Positions 36,428 to 45,699 of a stretch of 64,000 nucleotides of DNA are shown here, piece after piece. The translations under genes were made by a program, and so were the position numbers. The stretch lies in assembly GCA_038254115.1 (NCBI GenBank), contig JBBSGK010000003.1, positions 9,624-73,623 of the forward strand. The letters run 5' to 3'. The stretch is from Candidatus Levyibacteriota bacterium. Its GTDB lineage: Bacteria; Patescibacteriota; Microgenomatia; Levybacterales; UBA12049. Below the pieces are notes generated by a model, which worked only from the letters and a program-made list of their open reading frames with translations, searched no databases and had not been told where the DNA came from. Numbering within the stretch: position 1 is the first letter of the stretch; each line of letters opens with the position of its first letter.

Positions 36428-38632
36428 ATGATTCCATCTGATATTCACGCAGTTTTGCAGTGGTGGTTGATCATCCTTCTTTTGGGAAGTGGTTTTTTGC
36501 CTCTCACCTTTCTGCTGTTTGATAAATTTTTTGACCGGGGATATATTTTTTCAAAAATCTTTGGAATTGCTTTTACCTCTTATGCAATTTTTTTACTTGG
36601 AGTTTTACATATAGCACCGTTTAATCAACTCTTCTCTATCATTATATTTCTCGTTATTTCAGCTTGGTTTTTTGCGCTGAGTCCAATAAGATTGGAGTTG
36701 ATTTCGATTTTAAAATCAAATTTAAAAATATTTATTTTTGAAGAACTACTTTTTCTAGCGGCTCTGTTTTTCTGGGCATATATTCATACGTTTAATCCCG
36801 ACATTCATGGCCTTGAAAAATTCATGGACTTTGGTTTTATAAACTCATTACTTAGGTCCAATTATTTCCCGCCTAAAGACATGTGGTTTACCCCATACCC
36901 TATCAACTATTATTATTTTGGGCACTTATCAACGGCTGTATTAACCAAGTTATCAGGTGTTCCTGCAAGAATTACTTTCAATCTAATGCTCTCAACTATA
37001 TTTGCGTTTTGTCTGAGCGAGACTTTTTCTTTGGGGGCAAATCTTTATGTTTTTATGCAAAATAATAAAAAGGTGTCACTTATCAAATCTTTTGTCACAG
37101 GCCTTTTGACAGCCTCTCTTGTTACTTTTTCAGGAAATCTTCATATCCTTTATACATTCTTCAAGCCTTACACCGGAGAAAATCCGGTTCCCTTATGGCA
37201 GTTGCCTTTTATGCCCTTTAGTTTTCCCAACTCTTATTGGTACCCAAATGCAACCCGCTTTATCCATAACACGATTCATGAATTCCCCATTTACTCCTGG
37301 GTAGTTGCGGACCTGCACGGACATGTTTTGGATATTCCTTTCGTTCTGCTAACAGTCGCCGTGCTGCTTTCAATATTTATATCCAAATCTGAAACAAGCC
37401 CAGCTACTCTAAATGCAAACAACAAACATTCTTTGAATTTAAAATATTTTAATTTTGATATTGTTTCAAGTTTAAATATTAAAATTCCATATTTACTACT
37501 AATTGGTTTCCTTCTCGCAATCATGTATATGACCAATGCGTGGGACGGAGGAATTTATCTGCTGCTTGCCTCCCTTGTGCTTTTTTCACTCTATTACAAG
37601 AGACTATCTACGTTCTTTTTTTCTCTTTTTGTAGTTTTTATAAGCTTGATTGCATTTTCCATGCCATATAGTTATTTTTTTAAGCCCTTTGCCTCAGGGA
37701 TAGGCGTACTTTGTGCGCCTAACTTTCTAACTAAAATAGGTAAACTGGGTCCATTTCTTTTTGAGAAGGAACATTGTCAGCATTCATTCTGGTGGCAATT
37801 ACTTATTCTTTACAGCTTTTTCTATTTTTTTGTTATTTCTTTCGGAATTTTTGCATATCGCGCAAAAAAATTCTTAAAAACAGATATATTTATATTTCTT
37901 CTTATCATTCTGTCTACATTTCTTATAATCTTGCCTGAATTCATTTACCTCAAAGATATTTATCCCGCACACTATAGAGCCAATACGATGTTCAAGCTGG
38001 TTTTTCAATCGTTCATCATGCTCTCTATTTCAACGGGATATATTATTACAAGAATAGTGTCCAATATTAGATTGAAATCTTTACGTGCTGGTAAAAAAGT
38101 ACTATTTATTAGTTATCTATTATTAGTTAGCGGTTTAATCTCCCTTGTTCTGACTTATCCATTCCTCGCAATTAGATCCTATTATGGTGATCTGAAAACA
38201 CAAAAAAATCTTGATGGGACTGTCTATCTTCAAACACTTTATCCTTATGATTACGAAGCAATTTCGTATATAAACAAAAATATAAAAAGCCAGCCCGTCA
38301 TTCTTGAAGCGCAAGGTGACTCATATACAGATTTTGGGAGGATTTCAGCAAATACAGGACTCCCAACTGTCCTCGGCTGGACTGTGCATGAATGGCTCTG
38401 GCGGGGAACATATGATATTCCTGCACCAAGAATTGATGAGATCAAAATAATGTATGAAACTCAGGATTTAAATATTGCTAAAAACCTGCTCAAGAAATAC
38501 AAGATCACATATATATTCATAGGGTCAATGGAATTTCAAAAATACCCTACGCTTTCTGAACCCAAATTTCAAAAGCTTGGAAAACTAATTTACCAAAATC
38601 AGAACACTAAAATCTACAAAATCTCCTATTGA
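36428..38632 (+). CDS. DUF2298 (Chlor_Arch_YYY domain) polytopic membrane protein, putative GT-C-like glycosyltransferase
   Basis: 734 aa, >15 TM helices; conserved PINYYYFGH triple-Tyr motif; family size and topology match. Confidence 0.55.
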   Translation: MIPSDIHAVLQWWLIILLLGSGFLPLTFLLFDKFFDRGYIFSKIFGIAFTSYAIFLLGVLHIAPFNQLFSIIIFLVISAWFFALSPIRLELISILKSNLKIFIFEELLFLAALFFWAYIHTFNPDIHGLEKFMDFGFINSLLRSNYFPPKDMWFTPYPINYYYFGHLSTAVLTKLSGVPARITFNLMLSTIFAFCLSETFSLGANLYVFMQNNKKVSLIKSFVTGLLTASLVTFSGNLHILYTFFKPYTGENPVPLWQLPFMPFSFPNSYWYPNATRFIHNTIHEFPIYSWVVADLHGHVLDIPFVLLTVAVLLSIFISKSETSPATLNANNKHSLNLKYFNFDIVSSLNIKIPYLLLIGFLLAIMYMTNAWDGGIYLLLASLVLFSLYYKRLSTFFFSLFVVFISLIAFSMPYSYFFKPFASGIGVLCAPNFLTKIGKLGPFLFEKEHCQHSFWWQLLILYSFFYFFVISFGIFAYRAKKFLKTDIFIFLLIILSTFLIILPEFIYLKDIYPAHYRANTMFKLVFQSFIMLSISTGYIITRIVSNIRLKSLRAGKKVLFISYLLLVSGLISLVLTYPFLAIRSYYGDLKTQKNLDGTVYLQTLYPYDYEAISYINKNIKSQPVILEAQGDSYTDFGRISANTGLPTVLGWTVHEWLWRGTYDIPAPRIDEIKIMYETQDLNIAKNLLKKYKITYIFIGSMEFQKYPTLSEPKFQKLGKLIYQNQNTKIYKISY

Positions 38633-38669
38633 CTTGCTTTTTTGTCTTTCCATTTGTTAATCTGGATAT

Positions 38670-38996
38670 ATGTTTCAACCTTGGGGAAATTGTGTTCAAG
38701 ATGGAGTTGCAACGCTCCGGTGCCTTCCTGTCATTTTTCATAACGTAGTAAACGGTGCTTTAATATTTGTAGGAGTTGTTGCTCTATTTCTTATAATTTA
38801 TTCCGGTATCAGGCTGATCCTATCAGGCGGTGATCCCAAACAAGTCGAAGCAGCCCGGAAAATTATGAACTACGCAATACTGGGCGCCATACTTGTCCTA
38901 TCTTCTTTTGCAATTTTGTACTTTATCGCCTATGTTACCAACTCTAAAGACTGCATTAGCAATATTGAATCTATCAGCACGGGGGGATGCAAATAA
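38670..38996 (+). CDS. VirB2/TrbC-like T4SS pilin (tentative)
   Basis: 108 aa: leader, then two hydrophobic helices separated by a short polar loop (SGGDPKQVEAARK), the VirB2/TrbC architecture; located immediately upstream of VirB3/VirB4-like genes. Confidence 0.45.
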   Translation: MFQPWGNCVQDGVATLRCLPVIFHNVVNGALIFVGVVALFLIIYSGIRLILSGGDPKQVEAARKIMNYAILGAILVLSSFAILYFIAYVTNSKDCISNIESISTGGCK

Positions 38997-39100
38997 TTAT
39001 CCATAAGTTTTCACAAGCGAGCCTTACCATGTATTCCGTTTGACCTACTTTGTAGGAGTTGCATTGCTATTTTTCACGTTATACACTTTTTGTACTAGCA

Positions 39101-40387
39101 ATGGACCAACACCCAATACCACAAAACGTAACAGGGTTTCAATTTAAACTTATAGGGGCGATGACTGTCAAACAATTTGGCTATGTTGCAGTAGGAGTAA
39201 TTGCGGCATTCGTTACTTACTATATACCTATACATGGATTCTTTGCGATAATTTTTAAAATCTTTATGATTCCTCTCCTAGGAGCAAGCGGACCCGTGCT
39301 GGCATTTGTTCCTGTTGACGGCAGACCAATCGATGTAATGACAGGCAATTTTGTAAAAGCTCTTTTATCTCCAAATCAATATGTGTATCACAAGGGTGTT
39401 AAAAAGTTTAGCTTTTCAACCGTATCCCTCTCCAAGCCAAAGCCCACATCGGCTGAACACAAAGCGCCCAGTACCCCAAAGCAAAAAATGATTAATGAAA
39501 GAGGACATGAATTACAAAAACTTTTAATAAGAAGTTCCGGGACAAAAATAAAAAACGCTCAGGATGAACATGAAGCTGCATTTCTTAACTCTATTTTGTC
39601 AACCCAACCGGCAGCTGCGCCTCTCCCTGCCTCAACTCATTCTCCTCTGCCCACAGTCTCTGTGGAATTACCAACTCCCGAGCCTAAAGTTGCGGAAACT
39701 AAGCCACTAATTATTTCACCGCCTACAAATAAACCGACTCCAGAGATTCTTTCCGAAAAGGAGGAAGCTCTAAAAAAACAATTGGATTTTACCAAGCGGG
39801 AAGAGACATCTCCGCATTCTACAACGGATCTTTCCGCAATTCATCAAAAAGCGGGTATTTTAGAAAAACAGGTTCAGGAAATTCATACGCAGAAACAGGC
39901 GCTCGAGGAAGAAATTCTGCAATTAAAAAAACAGCTTTCAACTCAGCAAACAACGACTACTTCCCCAGCTGCAAAAAACGCTATCGTAAGCACGCCTACT
40001 CCCTTCCCCCCCCTTAAGCAACAACCCCCACATGTACGAAGCGTCCCAAAAGAACAAAACAAGCGCCTTGGAATTTTTGTATCTGATACTCCAAATGTAG
40101 TCTCGGGCATGGTTAAGGATGCGCGGGGAAATGTGCTACCCAACATTCTTGTTGAAATAAAAGACAAGGCGAGCAATCCAGTTAGGGCATTCAAAACAAA
40201 CGCTCTTGGCAACTTTGCATCGGCAACGCCACTTGCAGCAGGAACTTATACGATTACGCTTGAAGATTTGAAAAAGCAGCATACATTTGATTCAATTCAG
40301 ATTACAGCAAATGACCAAATTATGCTTCCTATTGAAATCATATCTTATGACAAACGTGAAGCCCTGCGAAAGGATTTGTTTAGCTAA
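39101..40387 (+). CDS. PrgI/VirB3-like membrane domain fused to a coiled-coil, Pro-rich linker and a C-terminal carboxypeptidase-regulatory-like (Cna-B-type) beta-sandwich domain
   Basis: N-terminus FQFKLIGAMTVKQFGYVAVGVIAAF... resembles PrgI family (IIGPLTLRQ.IYL.IGGG) two-TM module; C-terminus GMVKDARGNVLPNILVEIKD...TNALGNFAS...AGTYTITL; start chosen at ATG 39101. Confidence 0.45.
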   Translation: MDQHPIPQNVTGFQFKLIGAMTVKQFGYVAVGVIAAFVTYYIPIHGFFAIIFKIFMIPLLGASGPVLAFVPVDGRPIDVMTGNFVKALLSPNQYVYHKGVKKFSFSTVSLSKPKPTSAEHKAPSTPKQKMINERGHELQKLLIRSSGTKIKNAQDEHEAAFLNSILSTQPAAAPLPASTHSPLPTVSVELPTPEPKVAETKPLIISPPTNKPTPEILSEKEEALKKQLDFTKREETSPHSTTDLSAIHQKAGILEKQVQEIHTQKQALEEEILQLKKQLSTQQTTTTSPAAKNAIVSTPTPFPPLKQQPPHVRSVPKEQNKRLGIFVSDTPNVVSGMVKDARGNVLPNILVEIKDKASNPVRAFKTNALGNFASATPLAAGTYTITLEDLKKQHTFDSIQITANDQIMLPIEIISYDKREALRKDLFS

Positions 40388-40390
40388 GCT

Positions 40391-41068
40391 ATGAGCGCTG
40401 CCCAAAAAATTCATGCGTCAACCCAAAAGTTTACTGAGATAGTAGACTTTGTTGAAAACGTGGTTGTTATGGAGGGAGGCAGCGCATGTCTTGTAATTGA
40501 AATTACAGCAAGTAATTTTGCTCTTTTGTCCAAAAGGGAACAGGACAGCAGAATTTTTTCATACGCATCTCTTCTTAATTCCCTATCCTTCCCTATTCAA
40601 ATATTAATACGCAATAAAAGAATTGACATTACCTCATACATAAAGGACCTTGAGGATGTTATTAAAAGCAGCAAAAATCCACGGCTTCAGACATATATCG
40701 GTTATTACCGTGATTTTGTTCAGGAGATGGTAACTGTCAACGTTGTTTTAAACAAGTCTTTTTACATAATTATTCCTTTTTCTTCGCTTGAGATGGGGAT
40801 CTCAGGCGCAAAACAAGCGACGCAAAAAAATCAAAAAACAAATGCACAGACGAAGAATCTACCTGAAGGAGCAGCAAAAAGCCTGCAGTCAAAGGCCCAA
40901 ACAGTACTTACACAATTGCAAAAATTTGCAGTGTCTGCGAAAATTCTCGAGCGCGAAGATTTAATTAAACTCTTTTATGACATTTACAATAATGGGGCAA
41001 ATATCGAAGTCGAGCAGATTGAGCCGGCTGGCGGAGCATCAATTGTAACCGGAGGAGCAAAAACATGA
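40391..41068 (+). CDS. hypothetical protein resembling the extreme N-terminal module of Gram-positive-type VirB4 ATPases (possible split VirB4, part 1)
   Basis: VVMEGGSACLVIEITASNFALLSKREQDSRIFSYASLL...QILIRNKRID resembles the start of PrgJ/Tn916-Orf16-type VirB4 proteins; stop overlaps next start (ATGA). Confidence 0.35.
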   Translation: MSAAQKIHASTQKFTEIVDFVENVVVMEGGSACLVIEITASNFALLSKREQDSRIFSYASLLNSLSFPIQILIRNKRIDITSYIKDLEDVIKSSKNPRLQTYIGYYRDFVQEMVTVNVVLNKSFYIIIPFSSLEMGISGAKQATQKNQKTNAQTKNLPEGAAKSLQSKAQTVLTQLQKFAVSAKILEREDLIKLFYDIYNNGANIEVEQIEPAGGASIVTGGAKT

Positions 41069-43245
41069 AATTGCCTTTTTTTAAAAAATCATCAACCCTC
41101 CCCGCAGGTACACCTTCTGCTGCTAGCGGCATGAAGCAAACCGCAGCCCCTACCAAAACCGCCGGGGCAAGCAAATCTATTGAGTCTGTAGAAAAAGGCC
41201 TAACTTCCATAATTGATATTATTGCTCCTTCGTCAGTTGAGGTTGATTTTCGCTACATCCGCGTTGGAGACTCTCTATACACAACGCTTTTTATCGCAGG
41301 GTATCCCCGCTATGTTTCCCCTGGTTGGCTTCAGCCAATTATTGATTACGATCACACATTGGACATTTCTATGTTCTGTTACCCAACGTCGTCATCAGAC
41401 GTTCTCACAGATTTGAAGCGGAAAATTGGGGAAATGCAGGCAACGCTTTCATCTGATGCGGAGTCGGGAAAAGTAACGGATCCCACTGTTGAAGCGGCGC
41501 TTGAGGATGCTCTGGGACTTCAGGAGGAACTTGCGAAAGGAATTGAGAGATTTTTCCAGTTTGGATTTTACATTACTGTCTCTGCTCTCGACCTGCCCGA
41601 ACTTCAGCAAACTGTAAAAGAACTTCAAACCACCCTTGGCTCTCTTCTTCTTGCTGCAAAAACAGCAACTCTTCAAATGGAAGAAGGATTCAAGTCAACC
41701 TTGCCCTTGGGACTTGATAGACTCTATATTACCCGCAATATGGACACATCATCCCTTGCGTCAACCTTTCCTTTTACCTCGGCTATTCTGACGCAGAATA
41801 AAGGGGTAATGTATGGTGTTAACCAGCAAAATGGATCCCTGATTATTTTTGACCGTTTTTCTTTGGAAAACGCCAATGAGGTAGTCTTGGGTAAATCAGG
41901 TGCCGGAAAATCTTATTGCATTAAACTTGAGATTGCGCGGCAATTTATGCTTGGGGCTGAGGTAATTGTAATTGATCCCGAGGGTGAATACGAGACATTA
42001 ACGCCTGCATTAGGTGGGGAAGTTGTTGATTTCTCATCAAGTTCTGAGATAAAAATTAATCCTTTTGACCTTTCTGATGTTTACGAGGAAGGCGAGAATG
42101 AATTGGGACTCAAAATCTTGTCTTTGCATGGATTATTAAAACTGATTACTGGCGATTTAGACGCAGAACATGACGCAATTTTGGACAGGGCGCTTATTGA
42201 GTGCTACCGCCAAAAAGGAATTACGACAGATCCACTGACACAAAGAAAGCAACCTCCACTTATGGAAGACTTATACAAAACTCTTTTGGGAATGGAGACC
42301 CAACCGGCAAAAGATCTCGCATATAGATTAGAAAAATTCATCAAAGGATCAGCTGCCGGTATATTTAACCAGCAGTCAAATTTTGAGATCAATAACCCGC
42401 TTACTGTTTTTTCAATCCGCAATCTGGAAGAGGAACTCCGCCCTGTTGCTATGCATATTATTCTTGATTTTGTCTGGACAAAGATAAAAAAGAATTTAAA
42501 AAAGCGTATTCTAATTCTGGACGAAGGCTGGTATATGATGAAGTATCAGGATTCTGCCTCATTTGCATACTCTATCGCCAAGCGGGCCCGAAAATACTAC
42601 CTCGGCATGACAACCGCAACGCAGGATGTTGAGGATTTTCTTAAAAATGAATATGGAAAGGCTGTTTTGACCAATTCTTCAATCCAAATCCTTTTAAAAC
42701 AAGGCACTGCTGAGGTTGACATGATTGCCAATACTTTTTACCTTTCCGAAGGTGAGAAAGCGTTACTTTTATCATCAGATGTAGGGGAGGGATTATTTTT
42801 TGCAGGACAGAACCATGTAGCTATGAAAGTTTTTGCTGCTCCTTTTGAACATGAATTAATCACATCAAACCCAATTGAGCTTTTAAAGCGCCAAGAGGAC
42901 AAAGAAGCTGCTATTACCCAGTCCAGACTTGAAGATGGCGGACCCGTTCAGGCTACTATCCCTCACGCAGAACCACCCATTCCTCCTACGCCAGCGCCTT
43001 CCGCTCCCATTAATCCTGCTATAGCTTCAATTGACACGCCCCCGGTGGTTACAAATGGACCCACAGCATTACCTTCTCAATCACCATATAGCGCTTCGAA
43101 TCCACATGCATCACCAGTTTCTCCCGTTGCTTCATCACCGCCTGATACACATCCCTCGCCTGAAATTATTCCACCCGTTATGTCAACTTCTACACAATCA
43201 CCCACCGCCCCCATTGTGACAACGCCAGTTTTACCAAAGGTTTAA
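41065..43245 (+). CDS. VirB4/TrbE/CagE-family T4SS ATPase with Pro/Ser/Thr-rich C-terminal extension
   Basis: Walker A VLGKSGAGKSY, Walker B ILDEGWYMM (DEAW-type), motif C RKYYLGMTTATQDVEDF; N-terminal CagE_TrbE_VirB-like region IIAPSSVEVDFRYIRVGDSLYTTLFIAGYPRYV. Confidence 0.85.
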   Translation: MKLPFFKKSSTLPAGTPSAASGMKQTAAPTKTAGASKSIESVEKGLTSIIDIIAPSSVEVDFRYIRVGDSLYTTLFIAGYPRYVSPGWLQPIIDYDHTLDISMFCYPTSSSDVLTDLKRKIGEMQATLSSDAESGKVTDPTVEAALEDALGLQEELAKGIERFFQFGFYITVSALDLPELQQTVKELQTTLGSLLLAAKTATLQMEEGFKSTLPLGLDRLYITRNMDTSSLASTFPFTSAILTQNKGVMYGVNQQNGSLIIFDRFSLENANEVVLGKSGAGKSYCIKLEIARQFMLGAEVIVIDPEGEYETLTPALGGEVVDFSSSSEIKINPFDLSDVYEEGENELGLKILSLHGLLKLITGDLDAEHDAILDRALIECYRQKGITTDPLTQRKQPPLMEDLYKTLLGMETQPAKDLAYRLEKFIKGSAAGIFNQQSNFEINNPLTVFSIRNLEEELRPVAMHIILDFVWTKIKKNLKKRILILDEGWYMMKYQDSASFAYSIAKRARKYYLGMTTATQDVEDFLKNEYGKAVLTNSSIQILLKQGTAEVDMIANTFYLSEGEKALLLSSDVGEGLFFAGQNHVAMKVFAAPFEHELITSNPIELLKRQEDKEAAITQSRLEDGGPVQATIPHAEPPIPPTPAPSAPINPAIASIDTPPVVTNGPTALPSQSPYSASNPHASPVSPVASSPPDTHPSPEIIPPVMSTSTQSPTAPIVTTPVLPKV

Positions 43246-43264
43246 ATTTTGTTACTATTAAAAT

Positions 43265-45088
43265 ATGGATGACACAGATACATTGGAACCCGAAGCAGGA
43301 GAGGAGGCCTCAGATTCAACCCCTGAAGAAAGTCAGGAGCCTGACCAAAGTAGCAACAGTAGCCAAGAAACTCAAACAAATCAAAGCCCACAATCCAGTG
43401 GATCTGGCCAAAAAGACCAAACGAGGCAAAAACCCGGCGGCATGAGTAGATTGGGAAAGCAGTTTACAAAAGGAGCCGGCGGTCCCGGCGGAGGAGGGGG
43501 CCCTGGAAAGGACATAGCCAAAAAGGGGCTAGGTAAACTTGGGATTGGCAAGAAAGATAGCGGGGAATCCCGTGGGCAAGAGTTAAAAAACCGCGGGAAA
43601 GAAGCCGGGAAGAAGATGGGGAAAAAAGCGGGAAAAAAAGTTGGAAATTTTGCTGCCCAGCTTGGAAAGAAAGGGGTTGCTGCAGCTGTAGAAAATCCTT
43701 ATGTTGCAGGAGCACTAGCCATTATACTACTTATTGTTGTCCTAATATTTATTATTATCCAAGGTAACGCTGCAGCAGGAGATGAGGCAAATCCATTAAC
43801 TATTACCAAATCAGGTCCCGCTGAGGCAAAAGTAAATGATAAGCTTACTTACCAAATTGCTGTTGCGTATGCAGGAACCGTACAGGACATAACTGTCACT
43901 GACCATGTCCCTGACGGAGCTGAATTTGATCCCTCAACTCCTCCCCCCGCCCACTATGATCCTGCAACGAGGACTGTTACATGGAGCATAAAAGAAATAA
44001 GTCCTCCTAACGCTGGAGGTGGTAACCCTTCAGCGAACCAAGTAAACATCATAGGCGACTCTCTAACCGATCAATCAAGGGCTGATATACAAGATCAGCT
44101 CCCCGGAGCTGTTATTGACGCGAAGACTAGCCGTCCATGGAGCGCTGGTGTAAGCATAGTTTCCGACCTTAAAAATAGCAATAAGCTGACTCCCGTCGTT
44201 GTATTTGCTCTTGGCACAAATAACTCTTCTTTGTCCACTGGGGATATAGATAATCTTTTAAATGCTTCCCAGGGCAGTCAGATCATTCTTGTTACTACTT
44301 ATAACCTCGTTCACACCGATTGGGCGAACAATGTAAATAGCACTTTAAAGGCTGCAGCAAGCGCTCATGCCGACAGGATAAAGATTGCTGATTGGGCTGC
44401 AGTAGCCAACCCCGGACTTATTGATAATTCTGATGGGCTTGGAGTGCATCCAACGATTCCATCCGGTAATCAGGCATTTGCAAAGGTTATTGCAAGCGCA
44501 GTATCAGGCGGCGCAAGCGGAGGAATAAGCCATCCAAACACTACCCTCACTCTTAACTTAAAAGCGACCACAGATAATACTTATGTAATCAACCAAGCAG
44601 TGGCAACAGCTATAGGCGGCGTGCCAGACAGCAGCGGTGGGGGTGGAGGCGGCGGGGGTGGGCCTGTTGACGGAAATTATGTTCCCCCGAACCAAAACGA
44701 TTGTGGCGGAAAGTACAAATTTAACAATCCTGTTGGAAACTTCGGTGATCCGAATTGCAACTTTGACAAAAATGCCCTTCATGAAATGCTGACGCAGCAA
44801 GATCCCGCAAATGCTGATTTTTGGTTTTTAAAAGTCATTCCTTGCGAGAGCAGTTATGATCCCAACTCATATTCTTCGCATCAGTCAATCGGCACACCTG
44901 ATCTAGCGGGAGCGTGGGGATTATATCAAATGGGAAGCAGTAAGCCTCCAGGCAGTCCGCCGCCCTCGCCTGGCAATAACGGACCTAATGATCGGGGGGA
45001 TGTTAATTGGCCTGTTCAGACAAGCAACGCTGTTACATACAGTAAGAAAATCAGTAGCATAGGAGCATATTGGGCCTGTGGAAGATGA
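43265..45088 (+). CDS. multidomain envelope protein: disordered cytoplasmic N-terminus, TM, DUF11 repeat domain, SGNH/GDSL esterase domain, C-terminal family-1 lytic transglycosylase (SLT)-like domain
   Basis: TM AGALAIILLIVVLIFIII; DUF11-like LTITKSGPAEAKVNDKLTYQIAV...ITVTDHVPDGAEF; GDSL motif IIGDSLTD plus DGLGVHPT (DxxH); SLT motif CESSYDPNSYSS...AGAWGLYQM (ES...AGAxGLMQ). Confidence 0.65.
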   Translation: MDDTDTLEPEAGEEASDSTPEESQEPDQSSNSSQETQTNQSPQSSGSGQKDQTRQKPGGMSRLGKQFTKGAGGPGGGGGPGKDIAKKGLGKLGIGKKDSGESRGQELKNRGKEAGKKMGKKAGKKVGNFAAQLGKKGVAAAVENPYVAGALAIILLIVVLIFIIIQGNAAAGDEANPLTITKSGPAEAKVNDKLTYQIAVAYAGTVQDITVTDHVPDGAEFDPSTPPPAHYDPATRTVTWSIKEISPPNAGGGNPSANQVNIIGDSLTDQSRADIQDQLPGAVIDAKTSRPWSAGVSIVSDLKNSNKLTPVVVFALGTNNSSLSTGDIDNLLNASQGSQIILVTTYNLVHTDWANNVNSTLKAAASAHADRIKIADWAAVANPGLIDNSDGLGVHPTIPSGNQAFAKVIASAVSGGASGGISHPNTTLTLNLKATTDNTYVINQAVATAIGGVPDSSGGGGGGGGGPVDGNYVPPNQNDCGGKYKFNNPVGNFGDPNCNFDKNALHEMLTQQDPANADFWFLKVIPCESSYDPNSYSSHQSIGTPDLAGAWGLYQMGSSKPPGSPPPSPGNNGPNDRGDVNWPVQTSNAVTYSKKISSIGAYWACGR

Positions 45089-45129
45089 CAATTTGTGTTA
45101 ATCAAATATAGTGTATAAATAAATCATAT

Positions 45130-45699
45130 ATGAAAATCAAAAAAGAACATCTGATCTTGATTATATTCTCAGCAGTGATGCTTCTTATAGTTTTTGCTAT
45201 TGCGTACTTGGCATTGACAACTCCCACGAAACCGAATAATAAACCTATTGGTACTATTTCTCCTTCCCCTGTTTACACTGGCCACATTGCTATTTCTCCT
45301 ACTCCTGTAAATCCAGGAGTACCACCTGTCTCTTACAGTTCTGATGCAACTGATAGGCTAATAGAAAAAGTCCAAAACCATCCGCAGCTTTCGGATTCTG
45401 ATATTGCTGCAAAGCAAAAAATACTCTCTTTTTTGCCACAGGGCAAAACATCCGGATATGTATATCAGTCCTCAACTGTTCAAATTGAATACCTCAAATC
45501 CCCGGACGCTTTCCTGGCCGAAATCCTGACCATTGATATCGCGCAATCTAAAAAAGACGCAGTCAACTGGTTTAAGGTACAAGGAATGAGTCAAAAGGGT
45601 ATTTGCGACCTCCCTGTTTCTTTTTATCTCAATTCTAGAGTCGCAAATCAATTAAGAAATTTAAATATTAAATTTAGTCCGTTGGCTGAAGGGTGTTAA
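45130..45699 (+). CDS. secreted/membrane-anchored hypothetical protein
   Basis: 189 aa, N-terminal signal anchor, Pro-rich linker. Confidence 0.4.
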   Translation: MKIKKEHLILIIFSAVMLLIVFAIAYLALTTPTKPNNKPIGTISPSPVYTGHIAISPTPVNPGVPPVSYSSDATDRLIEKVQNHPQLSDSDIAAKQKILSFLPQGKTSGYVYQSSTVQIEYLKSPDAFLAEILTIDIAQSKKDAVNWFKVQGMSQKGICDLPVSFYLNSRVANQLRNLNIKFSPLAEGC

